Positions 39,744 to 49,293 of a DNA stretch of 64,000 bases are shown piece after piece; within the stretch, counting starts at the first letter, position 1, and each line of letters opens with the position of its first letter. The notes below the pieces were generated by a model that was not told where the DNA came from, searched no databases, and saw nothing but the letters and a program-made list of their open reading frames with translations. The stretch lies in contig JACRFB010000052.1 in NCBI GenBank assembly GCA_016218045.1, positions 80,481-144,480 on the forward strand, written 5' to 3'. A program made the translations under genes and the position numbers. The stretch comes from Ignavibacteriota bacterium (lineage in GTDB: Bacteria; Bacteroidota; Ignavibacteria; SZUA-365).

Positions 39744-41041
39744 GGCTGCACCACGCGGGAACGTGTCTCAATCTCGTGACGATGTGAATACAGATACCAC
39801 ATCGAAAAACTTCCGGCTGCGAACCAGAGCAATACGGTGCTGATCGCGGCCCCGATCGCTCCCAGCGCCAGAATGAAGAAGTAATGCGATACCAGCGTGA
39901 TCAACAGTTGCACGGCGCTGATGAGGGTGACGATGTTCGCGCGATTGATGCTGAGCACGAGCATCGTGAGCGGATTCCCGAGTATCGTCCATACATACCC
40001 GAGCACTAGGACGCCGAACATCGGGACGGACGGACCGTACTTCGGAAAAAATTCCGGCACCAGGAACGCAACAAGCACGGCGTATCCGATGGACAGAAGC
40101 GAGACCGGGACGGTGACTTGCAGGGAGCGGCGCACATAGCTTTGCATCTCGATCATCGACCGTACAGCCATGGCCTTCGGGAAAAACACCGTCGCGATGG
40201 AACCGGTAAGAACAATCAGCGGCATACACAGGCGCACTGCCGCCGCGTAATGCCCCACTTCCGCGGGACGATCCGAAAGCAGCGGCGTCACCATGAACAC
40301 GTCGAGGCGCATAAGGAACATCGTGGCGAACGACGTGAGCATCATCCATTTGCCGAAGGAGAAAATCTCGGCCCCGATCTCGGGCCAGTCGAAAGGTACA
40401 GAACTTCGCAGCGACGGCATGAGCAACAGGGCCAAAAGGAACAAGACCCCGGGAGTGAGCATGTAGGCGTAATAGACAAGGTCGAGCGAGAACCACCCGA
40501 GGACCGCGCCACCGGCGATCACAGCGGCCTTGCCGAATCCCTCCACGATTCTGAACACGGTGAGGGGTTTGAAGTGCTGACGGGCCTGCAGAACCGCGAG
40601 CATGTAGTCGAAGGCGCCGAAGCCCAGAAGTCCGACACCCAGGATGCGCAGCGGATGCGCGAGCGCGGGAGTAAAAAACACCCAGTCCGCGAGGGGCCGC
40701 GCTGCGAGCGTGATCGCCGCCCCGCTGCCGGCGAGGGCCAGCCATTTCACGCGCCAGCCGAAGCGCACGTGCGCAGCGGCACGATCGGGATTGTCGGCCG
40801 CATAGAGCGCGGTGAAACGGATGATGCTCGAATGCAGGCCCGAATCGGTGAACTGCTGCACCGTCGCCAATGCCGTGATGAAAACACCGTAGAGCACGTA
40901 CTGCTCGGGCTGCAGAAGGCGGAACAGCAGGACGGTGATCAGAAACGTGAGGGATTTTGCGACCACGTCACCGACAAACACGATACCGCTTTCACGGGCG
41001 TGCACCGGAAATATCCGTGTGATGGATTCAGGCCAGGACAT
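39740..41041 (-). CDS. Polysaccharide flippase (Wzx-like, MOP superfamily)
   Basis: About 12 TM segments. The start is moved to ATG 41041 because the upstream 89 codons are Arg-rich and overlap the preceding GT gene. Confidence 0.8.
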   Translation of the reverse strand: MSWPESITRIFPVHARESGIVFVGDVVAKSLTFLITVLLFRLLQPEQYVLYGVFITALATVQQFTDSGLHSSIIRFTALYAADNPDRAAAHVRFGWRVKWLALAGSGAAITLAARPLADWVFFTPALAHPLRILGVGLLGFGAFDYMLAVLQARQHFKPLTVFRIVEGFGKAAVIAGGAVLGWFSLDLVYYAYMLTPGVLFLLALLLMPSLRSSVPFDWPEIGAEIFSFGKWMMLTSFATMFLMRLDVFMVTPLLSDRPAEVGHYAAAVRLCMPLIVLTGSIATVFFPKAMAVRSMIEMQSYVRRSLQVTVPVSLLSIGYAVLVAFLVPEFFPKYGPSVPMFGVLVLGYVWTILGNPLTMLVLSINRANIVTLISAVQLLITLVSHYFFILALGAIGAAISTVLLWFAAGSFSMWYLYSHRHEIETRSRVVQP

Positions 41042-42197
41042 CGACCGGGGCCTCCACCGCGCGTGTTTCACCGAGCACGGCCGCATACGCTTCGAGCGTC
41101 TGTTCCCCCACCACGTCGAGCGAATACCTCTCGCACACGTACGCGGCAAGCACGTCACCACGCGCGGCTGAACGCTGCGCGCGGTGTATAGCGGCTGAGA
41201 TGGACTCGACATCCGCCGGATCACAATACTCCGCCATCGCGCCGAAGTATTCCCGCGCCGATCCGATCTGCGTGCAGACCACGGGGCAGCCCGCAACAGC
41301 CGCTTCAAGACTGCTCAATCCCGGCGTCTCGAACCAGCTCGGTTGCGCATGCACCTGCGCATGGACGTAATACGGCCAGACCGATTCCCAGGGAAGGTTC
41401 TCGACATGGATCAGATGCACGCCGTTGCGTCGCGCCTCGCGCCGGCAACGCGACCAGTATTCGGATTCCGCGCGGTTGATGCTGCCAAGGAGCACCAGCG
41501 CTTCGTCGCGGCCGCGCAGTGCGCGGATAAGGTACAACTGGTTCTTGCGACGCTCAATGCGACCCACACACAGGATGTAGGATGATGGAAGTCCCTCGGG
41601 TCTGTCCATGCCGCCTTCCATGCTCCGGCTCGGATTGACGATCACAGCCGAAGGAGTGTGACTATGGAAGGCAGTGCGCAGCAGTGTTTCCTCGGCGCGA
41701 GAATTCGGCAGGAGCATCGACACCGATCGGGTTATACCGGCGAGGAATTCCTTGTACATCGGATTGTACCGCACGGTCTTCAGATGATGCCCCAGAAACG
41801 GCCGGACAAAGCCCCTTGGAAGAAGCAGCAGCGCACGAAGCAGGCCACGTTTCCATGCGGCAACGGAGTGCGCGGCGCTTTCGTAGGGTTCCATGTCCCA
41901 ATAAATCGGCGAGAGCACGACCGGGATTCCGCGTTCGGTCGCAAGGCGCAGCGAGTCCTCGTACTGATACGAAAGCAGCAGGTTAAACGCATGAACGATA
42001 TCGAAACGCGCGCGGGTGCTGCTGAGCGCAACGCGGCGTTCTTCCTCCTCGAGCAGCAGCGTCACCGAATGGCCGCGCTGTTCCAAGGCCTCGCGTGTCG
42101 CGAGGATCTGTGTTGTATCACCGCCCGGATTCGTCAGGAGATCCGGCCGGGCGATAAACAGTATCGCAAGGGTGCTATCGTTGCCGGTGCTTCGCAT
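41028..42197 (-). CDS. GT4-family glycosyltransferase
   Basis: ILFIARPDLLTNPGGDTTQI N-terminal fold, ETPGLSSLEAAVAGCPVV EX7E region. Confidence 0.8.
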   Translation of the reverse strand: MRSTGNDSTLAILFIARPDLLTNPGGDTTQILATREALEQRGHSVTLLLEEEERRVALSSTRARFDIVHAFNLLLSYQYEDSLRLATERGIPVVLSPIYWDMEPYESAAHSVAAWKRGLLRALLLLPRGFVRPFLGHHLKTVRYNPMYKEFLAGITRSVSMLLPNSRAEETLLRTAFHSHTPSAVIVNPSRSMEGGMDRPEGLPSSYILCVGRIERRKNQLYLIRALRGRDEALVLLGSINRAESEYWSRCRREARRNGVHLIHVENLPWESVWPYYVHAQVHAQPSWFETPGLSSLEAAVAGCPVVCTQIGSAREYFGAMAEYCDPADVESISAAIHRAQRSAARGDVLAAYVCERYSLDVVGEQTLEAYAAVLGETRAVEAPVDVLA

Positions 42198-43230
42198 AAT
42201 TCGTCAGGTACAGATCCGCAATGCCCTCCCATGTGAGGGAGTCCGCGAGACGGCGCGCGGATTGCGCGGCGGAAGTCGCCCGCTGAAAACCGTCTCCATC
42301 CAACAGCGACTCGAAGGTTCTCCGCAGCGCGGTGCGTGATTCGCAGTACAGAAGATTGTGTTCTACATCGGGCAGCGAGCGGAAGTAATCACGTTTTATC
42401 GGCGTCAAGGCCGGCGCAATGACCGGCACATCGTACGCAAACGCATCCAGTACGGACAGGAAACCCGTACCGATCATGACACCGGCCGTTTCCAGAAAAC
42501 CATTCACATCTGGTGTTGCGGGTGTATGAATCACGTCGAACCACTCGTTTTTCAGATCCAGAATCTCGTGTTCGAGCAGACCGTCACCCACCAGCGTCAA
42601 AGACGCATTCCGCCGGGTTGCGGCTGCGGCAGCCGCAAGCTCGGCGGCCACTTCCGCGATGCAGGTGTCGGGTGCAAGGCGTCCGATAAATAAAAATGCG
42701 GGGTGCGCTTTCCATACACCGTTCGTGCGCCGTCGCAACGGCGCGCCCACATATGTATGGTCGATCCGCTGCGCGTAGTGTAAGCGCAGAAAATCGCCGG
42801 CGCCGAAGGTCACATCCATCCTGCGCGCGCTGAACGCGCGCTGCATATCGTCGCGACGGCGCACGGGCCAGGAGTCGAAACCATGAAACGTCATCGCGTA
42901 CACCGGCGAGCGGAGCACCGCGTAGAGCGGAAGGTACCAGTGGACGAAGGTGCCGTAGTCGTGAAAGTGCAGGACGTCGGCACACGCGAATTCATCGCGG
43001 TGCGCCGACATCCAGCTCCAATACCGTGCGCGTGTAAAGGGTCGAACCGGGCGCACCGAGAGGTGCCGGATACACACATTTTCTGCATCGCGCACGGAGG
43101 CGCCCGGTGTTTCCGTGACAATCGTCACATCGTGCCCCGCATGCGACATCTCGGCCGCGATGCGTTCCACCGACAGCTCGACGCCGCCGATGTCGGGATA
43201 CATTCTATGCACGAAATGAACGATGCGCAT
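42175..43230 (-). CDS. Glycosyltransferase (GT4/GT1-like)
   Basis: MRIVHFVHRMYPDIGGVELSVERIA..GHDVTIVT is a typical GT-B N-terminus. Confidence 0.75.
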   Translation of the reverse strand: MRIVHFVHRMYPDIGGVELSVERIAAEMSHAGHDVTIVTETPGASVRDAENVCIRHLSVRPVRPFTRARYWSWMSAHRDEFACADVLHFHDYGTFVHWYLPLYAVLRSPVYAMTFHGFDSWPVRRRDDMQRAFSARRMDVTFGAGDFLRLHYAQRIDHTYVGAPLRRRTNGVWKAHPAFLFIGRLAPDTCIAEVAAELAAAAAATRRNASLTLVGDGLLEHEILDLKNEWFDVIHTPATPDVNGFLETAGVMIGTGFLSVLDAFAYDVPVIAPALTPIKRDYFRSLPDVEHNLLYCESRTALRRTFESLLDGDGFQRATSAAQSARRLADSLTWEGIADLYLTNYAKHRQR

Positions 43231-43251
43231 CGGGGGATGCCTGATTCAGTT

Positions 43252-44427
43252 TCAGAATGAGACACGCTGGAAAAATTCGTATCGCGGCGGCTCCCCGGTT
43301 TCGGGCGTGAAGCCGTAGTCCTTCACAAAACTTCCATCCATGTACTGGTCCGTCGGATCCCACGGCTTGTCGTAGTCGTTCCCTTCCTTGTACAGGAACG
43401 TGATGCCCTTGAACGCCTCGTACTTCTTCTTCCACGCCGCGCCATTGTCGAGATTCAGGTCGAGGAAATGTGTGATGTTGTCGCGGTAGTTGTACTCCGG
43501 AAAGCCGGTGAACAAACTCACACCCGGATTGGACGTCGCATGGGCTTTTACCGCATCGAGCACGAGGTCGTGCGCCATCTTATGCAGGTAGTTTCCGTAC
43601 TCCCCGTCTTTTCCGTGTCCGACCACGATGCCCGGTTTCACCTCGTTGAGCAGCGTACGCAGCGAAGCGGCGATGGCACGGCGGTATTCGGTTCCCGGAC
43701 CGAAAGTCGCGGGGAAATCGAGTCCCGGCGCCTCACCGACCTGCACAATGTGTTTCCCGGAGACGGTCAGGTCGATCGGCAATACCTGTATGTCGACGCC
43801 GAGCGAGCGCGCGTATCCCGCAATGATGTCGAGCTTTTTTTCGCCTTGCACGTCGGTCTTCACCACGGTGCGTCCATCGGCCATGACACCAAAGCTGTTG
43901 TAACCCGCAAGCACCTGCGAAGGCGTGTCGGTCTGCCCCTGCGATCCGTCGGCGCCGTTCGAGATCAACACAACCTTCACGCTCCAGCCGTTGGCCGCGG
44001 CGTAGGCAAGCAGTCCGCCTGCCAGGAACACCTCGTCGTCGGGGTGGCAAAAAATACCGAGCAGTGTTTTATTCCTGGCGGTGCGCGCCTTAATCAGAGT
44101 GCTCATATCCGCGATTCCGCGATCGCGCAGTGCAGCGGGTGTTTTCAGATACCCTTCGTGGTCATCGGCATCGAACACACTGAGGAAGTAGTCGATTTTG
44201 ATCTTCTCGTTCGGCGTGCTGTTGTACATGAACTCCTGCTTATAGACGACCGGGTGGTCGACGCCGGGCCATTCGTCGAAGTCCCACGTTCCGTGCGGAA
44301 TGCCTGCGGGGATGTCGAATCCCTTCTGATACATCCGCGCCTCGGCTTTCGAGGGGACGGGAGTCTGGGCCTGCGCACCGACGGCACACAGGGCCGCGAC
44401 GGCGAGGACGATGATGGCGATTCTCAT
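43252..44427 (-). CDS. Secreted PIG-L/LmbE-family deacetylase
   Basis: Signal peptide MRIAIIVLAVAALCAVGAQA, LLGIFCHPDDEVFLAGG motif. Confidence 0.7.
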   Translation of the reverse strand: MRIAIIVLAVAALCAVGAQAQTPVPSKAEARMYQKGFDIPAGIPHGTWDFDEWPGVDHPVVYKQEFMYNSTPNEKIKIDYFLSVFDADDHEGYLKTPAALRDRGIADMSTLIKARTARNKTLLGIFCHPDDEVFLAGGLLAYAAANGWSVKVVLISNGADGSQGQTDTPSQVLAGYNSFGVMADGRTVVKTDVQGEKKLDIIAGYARSLGVDIQVLPIDLTVSGKHIVQVGEAPGLDFPATFGPGTEYRRAIAASLRTLLNEVKPGIVVGHGKDGEYGNYLHKMAHDLVLDAVKAHATSNPGVSLFTGFPEYNYRDNITHFLDLNLDNGAAWKKKYEAFKGITFLYKEGNDYDKPWDPTDQYMDGSFVKDYGFTPETGEPPRYEFFQRVSF

Positions 44428-44437
44428 ACTGCTCTCC

Positions 44438-45406
44438 TTATTGGACAATGATACACTCTTTGTACTGCGTGGTGCCGCGCAGATGCACGACATACCATCC
44501 CGCGCGAAGATGGTCCGTGTTCCACATGGCGAACAGCTCGCCGGGCGCGGCTGCCGTGCTGGTCACGACCGATACCCGTCCACCGCGCGCATCCAGCAAT
44601 TCCCAGTCGACGGGTCCTGGCTTGTCTGTGTAACAGCGTGCAACAAGCCGCCCGTGCAGGCGCGGATCGAAGGGCTGCGGATATACATCGATTCTCTGCG
44701 AGGCGTCGATGGCCGGCGCGCCCGCATCCAGAGCCGCGAGCACCGCGGGCAACAGCCGCACGGCGATATCACGATGACCTGCCGGCGTGGGATGCACTCC
44801 GTCGATGCCGAGCAGAGCCGCGTCATCCAGGGAGTCCCATGGCAGCGGAACGATGGGCGTGTGTGTGTCCGCGGCCACTGTGCGCAGCGTCGAATCATAG
44901 CTGCGGTTGTGTGCCGCGGCTCCACCGAACGGCGCGTAGAGGCGCGGTTCGGAATAGGCCGCATAGCGCGATGCAATCAGCGGGGGAAGACCGAGGAGCA
45001 CCGGCTGCACTCCCCCGCCTCTGAGGCGCCGCACAATCAGATGAAGATTGGCCGCGTACCGCTGCAGTGATACGCGCGGTGTTGTGGCGTTGCCGTGAAT
45101 GTAATAGTCGTTTGATCCGAACGCGACGACCGCGACTTGGGGTCGAAGAGCGAGCACGTCGGACTCGAGGCGCGCGAGGGCGTCGTCGGTGGTTTCACCG
45201 GCGAAGCCGAGAGAGATGTTTCGTGCCGAGCCGTGCCGTTCCCGGACCAGGGTATCGCATACCGCGGGATACGCGTCCGCAGGCCGTCGCACCGCATCCA
45301 TCCACCCCTCGGTGATCGAGTCACCGAAATAGACCACAAGCGGCTGCGCGTTGATGCGCACACCGAGGGCGGTCAGGAGAAGGAGGATGGATGCGGCGCG
45401 CGGCAT
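44438..45406 (-). CDS. Secreted SGNH/GDSL esterase with T9SS C-terminal sorting domain
   Basis: Signal peptide, VYFGDSITEGW, AFGSNDY, DGVHPTPAGH. C-terminal about 80 aa (IDVYPQPF...VVHLRG...IIVQ) resembles a type A sorting domain. Confidence 0.75.
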   Translation of the reverse strand: MPRAASILLLLTALGVRINAQPLVVYFGDSITEGWMDAVRRPADAYPAVCDTLVRERHGSARNISLGFAGETTDDALARLESDVLALRPQVAVVAFGSNDYYIHGNATTPRVSLQRYAANLHLIVRRLRGGGVQPVLLGLPPLIASRYAAYSEPRLYAPFGGAAAHNRSYDSTLRTVAADTHTPIVPLPWDSLDDAALLGIDGVHPTPAGHRDIAVRLLPAVLAALDAGAPAIDASQRIDVYPQPFDPRLHGRLVARCYTDKPGPVDWELLDARGGRVSVVTSTAAAPGELFAMWNTDHLRAGWYVVHLRGTTQYKECIIVQ

Positions 45407-45409
45407 GGA

Positions 45410-45697
45410 TTATTCGACAAGAAGTGTCTGGAGCGTCCGGCGGGCGTCCGCTTCAGAAAGCTGGACTCCGTCGTTCAGTCGCGTTATCATTTCATCGATG
45501 GCGGCACGCGCGGCGTCGCGGTCTTTCTCCGCAAAAAAGCCGTCGATAAAATGCTCTCCGGCCATGGCTTGGTTTATTTCGTGTTCACGATTGTGCTCGC
45601 CGAGTTCCGTAAAATACACCACGCGGTACACGCGGTTATACCCGCGCTCCCGGTAAATCTCGAACATCACCTTCGATGCGGTGTCGACCCCGTTCAT
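45410..45697 (-). CDS. Hypothetical 95-aa protein coupled to the activase gene
   Basis: ATGA overlap with the 1199-aa gene stop. No family recognised. Confidence 0.5.
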   Translation of the reverse strand: MNGVDTASKVMFEIYRERGYNRVYRVVYFTELGEHNREHEINQAMAGEHFIDGFFAEKDRDAARAAIDEMITRLNDGVQLSEADARRTLQTLLVE

Positions 45698-48600
45698 GCC
45701 GAAACCTCCTCGGGAAGGCGCAACTGCACCATCTCGTGATGCGCCGTGTCGCCCATTGACAGCGCGTACCGCGAGTGCTCCGCGGAATCGAGCACCGCAC
45801 GAAGCCGCGACTCGTAGTCGTTCATGCGTTCGTCGACGGTGCGCCGCCTGCGCGCCTCGTCCACCATCATCTCGCGATAGCGCTTCAGGAAGTACCCGAT
45901 GGTTTCGACGCGGATCTTGATGCTTCCCGTCGGTTTGTTCTCGTCAATGTCCTTGAACGCAAAATACGGCGTGCCGGAGCACTCGACGATTTCCTGCACC
46001 AGCGTGTATATGGGCGCGTCGTGTCCGCACTTGAAGCTCGAGAGTTCGAGCGCCACGAGGTTGGGATGCCGTGCCACGAATTTTGCAGCCCACACCTTCC
46101 GAGACGTGTTCTCGCTGTACGAATTCTTCCATACGTCGTCGATGTCCATCGGGTGGCGTACACGTCCGGCACGGACATCAGCGCCGAAAACACGCTCGAG
46201 AGTCGCGGGGTCAGTAGGCAGCGAATCCTGCGAGAACACCGGATACCCGAGTTTCTGAAACTCGTCGAGTATCTCGTGATTGATGCCGGGGTCGTTGTGA
46301 TACGGGCGCGCGAGCACCACGATGCCCAGGCGATTCTCGGCCTCGAGCGTGTCGAGTATGCCGCGCGCCTGCGTCTGAAGGCCGCTGTTGAAACGCGCGA
46401 GGGCTTCGAGTCCGTGACGCACCGCCTCGGCGTTTTCGTCCTCCCGGAGTTCGAGCATCTCACCGAACTCGCGGTACAATTGATTCGCAAGCAGCGCGGG
46501 ATCGCGGAGACTGAGAAAGGGATTCACGTACCGGATGCCGTGTTTGGCGAAAAGATCCTCCTCCTTGATGAATGCGGCCTTTGCGGATTCGCTCGTACCC
46601 GAGGCGGTCGGACAGGCCTTCGACGCCACCGTGCCGAATAGATCGGTGGGCAATTCATCGATGATCGGAAAAAAGACCCAATTGAGAGGTGTCTTCGCGT
46701 GTTTGCGGTAAATCAAGTTGTGGAGGTGCGACAGCGCGACCTTGCTCGGGAAGCAGGGATCGATGCTCCCCCGCTTCGACCCTTCCTTGTACAACTCCTC
46801 GGTGGTGAAGTCCGAAAATACGAGATTCGGATGCGGTATTCCGATACTTTCAAAGTAGGCGGAGAAGAAGGGCATAAACGAATACATGTTGAGCACACGC
46901 GGCACGCCGATTCTGAGTGCAGCGCGGCGCGCGCGGGTCTCTTCATGCGCGCGTTTCCTGCGTTCTCCGAAAAGACGGCCGGGAACGATTGCGGCCGGTG
47001 GCGCCTCGTAGCGGATCCACGCGTCGTGCGCGGCCACCTCGAGGAGATTCGGAAATTGCTTCCGGGTCTCGGAGAGGCCTTTCGCGATGACACGCATGTC
47101 GTTGACATCCTCCACTGTCCCCTTCTCGCAGGTGGCGATGATGAGGCGGTTGGCGCCGGCGGCCAGGGGCACCTTCGACACGGCGTCGCGCTTCTGTTCC
47201 TCCGCCGTTTCGAAACGCGCGGCGCGGACGGCCTCCGGGCCGGACTTGTACTCGAAGCTGTCGCTGTGCGCCTGTGCCGGTTCACTCGTCTCGACGTCGA
47301 TGAAAGTGCGCAGGCACTTGTTCTTGCAGAAGTAGCAGCGCGTGTCCTCGTTCCGTGTGCTCGTGTAGCGGATGCGCGCAACTGCGTCGAGTCCGATGAA
47401 GCTGGTCTCGAGTCCTCCGCCGTGCAGTCGCGCCGCTTCCACCGCGGCGCCGATCGCTCCGGCTTCACCGGTATGCTCGTGCACGATGATGCGCGGCTCG
47501 AGACCCTTCGATGAAAAACGAGAACGGATAAAATCCGTCTGCGCCTTCACCGCGGCAAGGTTGTGCTGCGTGCCGCCCTGCAGCACAAAGGTGCTGCCGA
47601 GCTTCGCGAGATTCGGGATCTGCGACACATAGAGCCAGATGTTTTTCGGCAGCACCATCGCGAGACCGGCAAGAATCTCCTCGGGCTGCCAGCCCTGTCG
47701 TTGGAAATCGACGATGTCGCTCTGCATAAAGACAGCACAGCCGTACCCGAATTCCGGGGCGACCTCGGCCGAAAAGGCGATGTCGGCGAAGTCCTTGACA
47801 TCAAATCCGAAACCCTCCGCGGTGCTCTGCAGAAAGTATCCGTTGCCGGCGGAGCATTGTGTATTCAACTTGAAATCCACGACGCGACCGTCTTTGAGGA
47901 CAATGATTTTGATGTCCTGACCTCCAACATCACAAATCACATCCACATTGTCGTAAAAGTGCAGAGCCGCCTGCGTATGCGCCACGGTTTCCACCAGCGC
48001 GACATCACCGCCGATGGTGTTTTTAAGCACGTCCTTGGCGTAGCCGGTGGTTCCGACCCCGAGTATGTCCAGTGTCGCGCCCTGCGAACGGACCATCTCG
48101 TGCAGCGCGCCGACGATCTGCATCGTGTCCTCGATCGGATTTCCTTTCGAGAGCTGATAGGCCTTGAAGGCGACGCGTCGGTCCTCGTCTATGAGCACGC
48201 CCTTGGTGGACGTGGAACCTCCGTCGATCCCGAGGAAGGCGCGGAAGGTGCTGCCCTTTTCAAGACGCGTCGGTGTAAAGGGCGGGATGCGGTAGGCGGA
48301 TTTAAAGGCCTCAAGTTCCTCGGTGGAGGTGACAAGGGGCAGACTGCCCTTCTGTTTCTTGAGCTCATGACGGCCGCGCGTGATAAACTCCTCGAGCGCG
48401 TGTGTGCCGGGGAATATGGGAATTTCCTCGGCGTTTTCACGGCCGAATTCCACGGCGCCGATAGCCGCGAAATACTGTGCGTTTTCCGGGACCTTGATCA
48501 ACGACGCGGGATCGACACCTTCCGGGAGAGAGATATCGCGTTCGGCCCAGATGGGAGGGATATTCGCGCGCCAACATTCGACCATGCCGCGGATGAACGT

Positions 48601-49293
48601 ATTCGGACCGCCGAGCAGCAGCACGTCGGGACGCAGGGTGTGTCCCCGCGTCAGCACCGAGAGGTTCTGCTGTACGATCGATTCGAAAAGTGATGCCATG
48701 AGTTCGTCCGGTGGCACACCCTGTTTCTGCAGTCCGTTGATATCCGTCTCGGCGAAGACGCCGCATTTGCCCGCGACGGGGTGCAGCTTGACGCCGTTAT
48801 ATCCGAGCGACGAGAGCTCCTCCGCGGGTATGCGGAGTTTGGCGTTGATCTTGTCGATCACCGCGCCGGTGCCTCCGGCGCACTTGTCGTTCATGGACGG
48901 GATTTTCTTCTTTCTGCCGGTCTCAGGGTCCTCCTTGAAAATGATGATCTTTGCGTCCTGTCCGCCGAGTTCAACCACGGAACCTGTTTCCGGGTACAGT
49001 TTTTCGACGGCGAGTGATACTGCATTCACTTCCTGCACAAACTTTGCGCCAAGAAATGGCGCCAGTGTGCTGCCGCCCGATCCTGTGATATACATTCGGA
49101 TCTGCGCGTCCGATATTCCGAGGTCGGCCCGTATCCGATCGAGGAATTCGAGCACTTTTTCGGGTTGTTTGGTTTCGTGGCGCTGATAATCGCTCCACAG
49201 GATCGCGTCGCTCGCCTCGTCGATCACCACGGCCTTCACCGTGGTGCTGCCGACATCGAGTCCAACGAGATACACCGGTGTGCGCTCAATCAT
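45694..49293 (-). CDS. Fusion of two BcrAD/BadFG-type activase ATPase domains with a DUF2229 (acyl-CoA dehydratase activase-related) domain
   Basis: GLDVGSTTVKAVV + DKCAGGTGAVIDK + GKCGVFAETD, then GIDGGSTSTKGVL + TQCSAGNGYF + GYGCAVFMQSD. C-terminal block: IGVPRVLNMYSFMPFF..GSIDPCFPSK. Confidence 0.85.
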   Translation of the reverse strand: MIERTPVYLVGLDVGSTTVKAVVIDEASDAILWSDYQRHETKQPEKVLEFLDRIRADLGISDAQIRMYITGSGGSTLAPFLGAKFVQEVNAVSLAVEKLYPETGSVVELGGQDAKIIIFKEDPETGRKKKIPSMNDKCAGGTGAVIDKINAKLRIPAEELSSLGYNGVKLHPVAGKCGVFAETDINGLQKQGVPPDELMASLFESIVQQNLSVLTRGHTLRPDVLLLGGPNTFIRGMVECWRANIPPIWAERDISLPEGVDPASLIKVPENAQYFAAIGAVEFGRENAEEIPIFPGTHALEEFITRGRHELKKQKGSLPLVTSTEELEAFKSAYRIPPFTPTRLEKGSTFRAFLGIDGGSTSTKGVLIDEDRRVAFKAYQLSKGNPIEDTMQIVGALHEMVRSQGATLDILGVGTTGYAKDVLKNTIGGDVALVETVAHTQAALHFYDNVDVICDVGGQDIKIIVLKDGRVVDFKLNTQCSAGNGYFLQSTAEGFGFDVKDFADIAFSAEVAPEFGYGCAVFMQSDIVDFQRQGWQPEEILAGLAMVLPKNIWLYVSQIPNLAKLGSTFVLQGGTQHNLAAVKAQTDFIRSRFSSKGLEPRIIVHEHTGEAGAIGAAVEAARLHGGGLETSFIGLDAVARIRYTSTRNEDTRCYFCKNKCLRTFIDVETSEPAQAHSDSFEYKSGPEAVRAARFETAEEQKRDAVSKVPLAAGANRLIIATCEKGTVEDVNDMRVIAKGLSETRKQFPNLLEVAAHDAWIRYEAPPAAIVPGRLFGERRKRAHEETRARRAALRIGVPRVLNMYSFMPFFSAYFESIGIPHPNLVFSDFTTEELYKEGSKRGSIDPCFPSKVALSHLHNLIYRKHAKTPLNWVFFPIIDELPTDLFGTVASKACPTASGTSESAKAAFIKEEDLFAKHGIRYVNPFLSLRDPALLANQLYREFGEMLELREDENAEAVRHGLEALARFNSGLQTQARGILDTLEAENRLGIVVLARPYHNDPGINHEILDEFQKLGYPVFSQDSLPTDPATLERVFGADVRAGRVRHPMDIDDVWKNSYSENTSRKVWAAKFVARHPNLVALELSSFKCGHDAPIYTLVQEIVECSGTPYFAFKDIDENKPTGSIKIRVETIGYFLKRYREMMVDEARRRRTVDERMNDYESRLRAVLDSAEHSRYALSMGDTAHHEMVQLRLPEEVSA

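Noticed and set aside
41042-41308. N-terminal 89-codon extension of the flippase ORF
   Set aside because: It is Arg/Ser/Pro-rich, overlaps the 3' end of the upstream glycosyltransferase, and precedes the first TM segment. The start was moved to ATG 41041.
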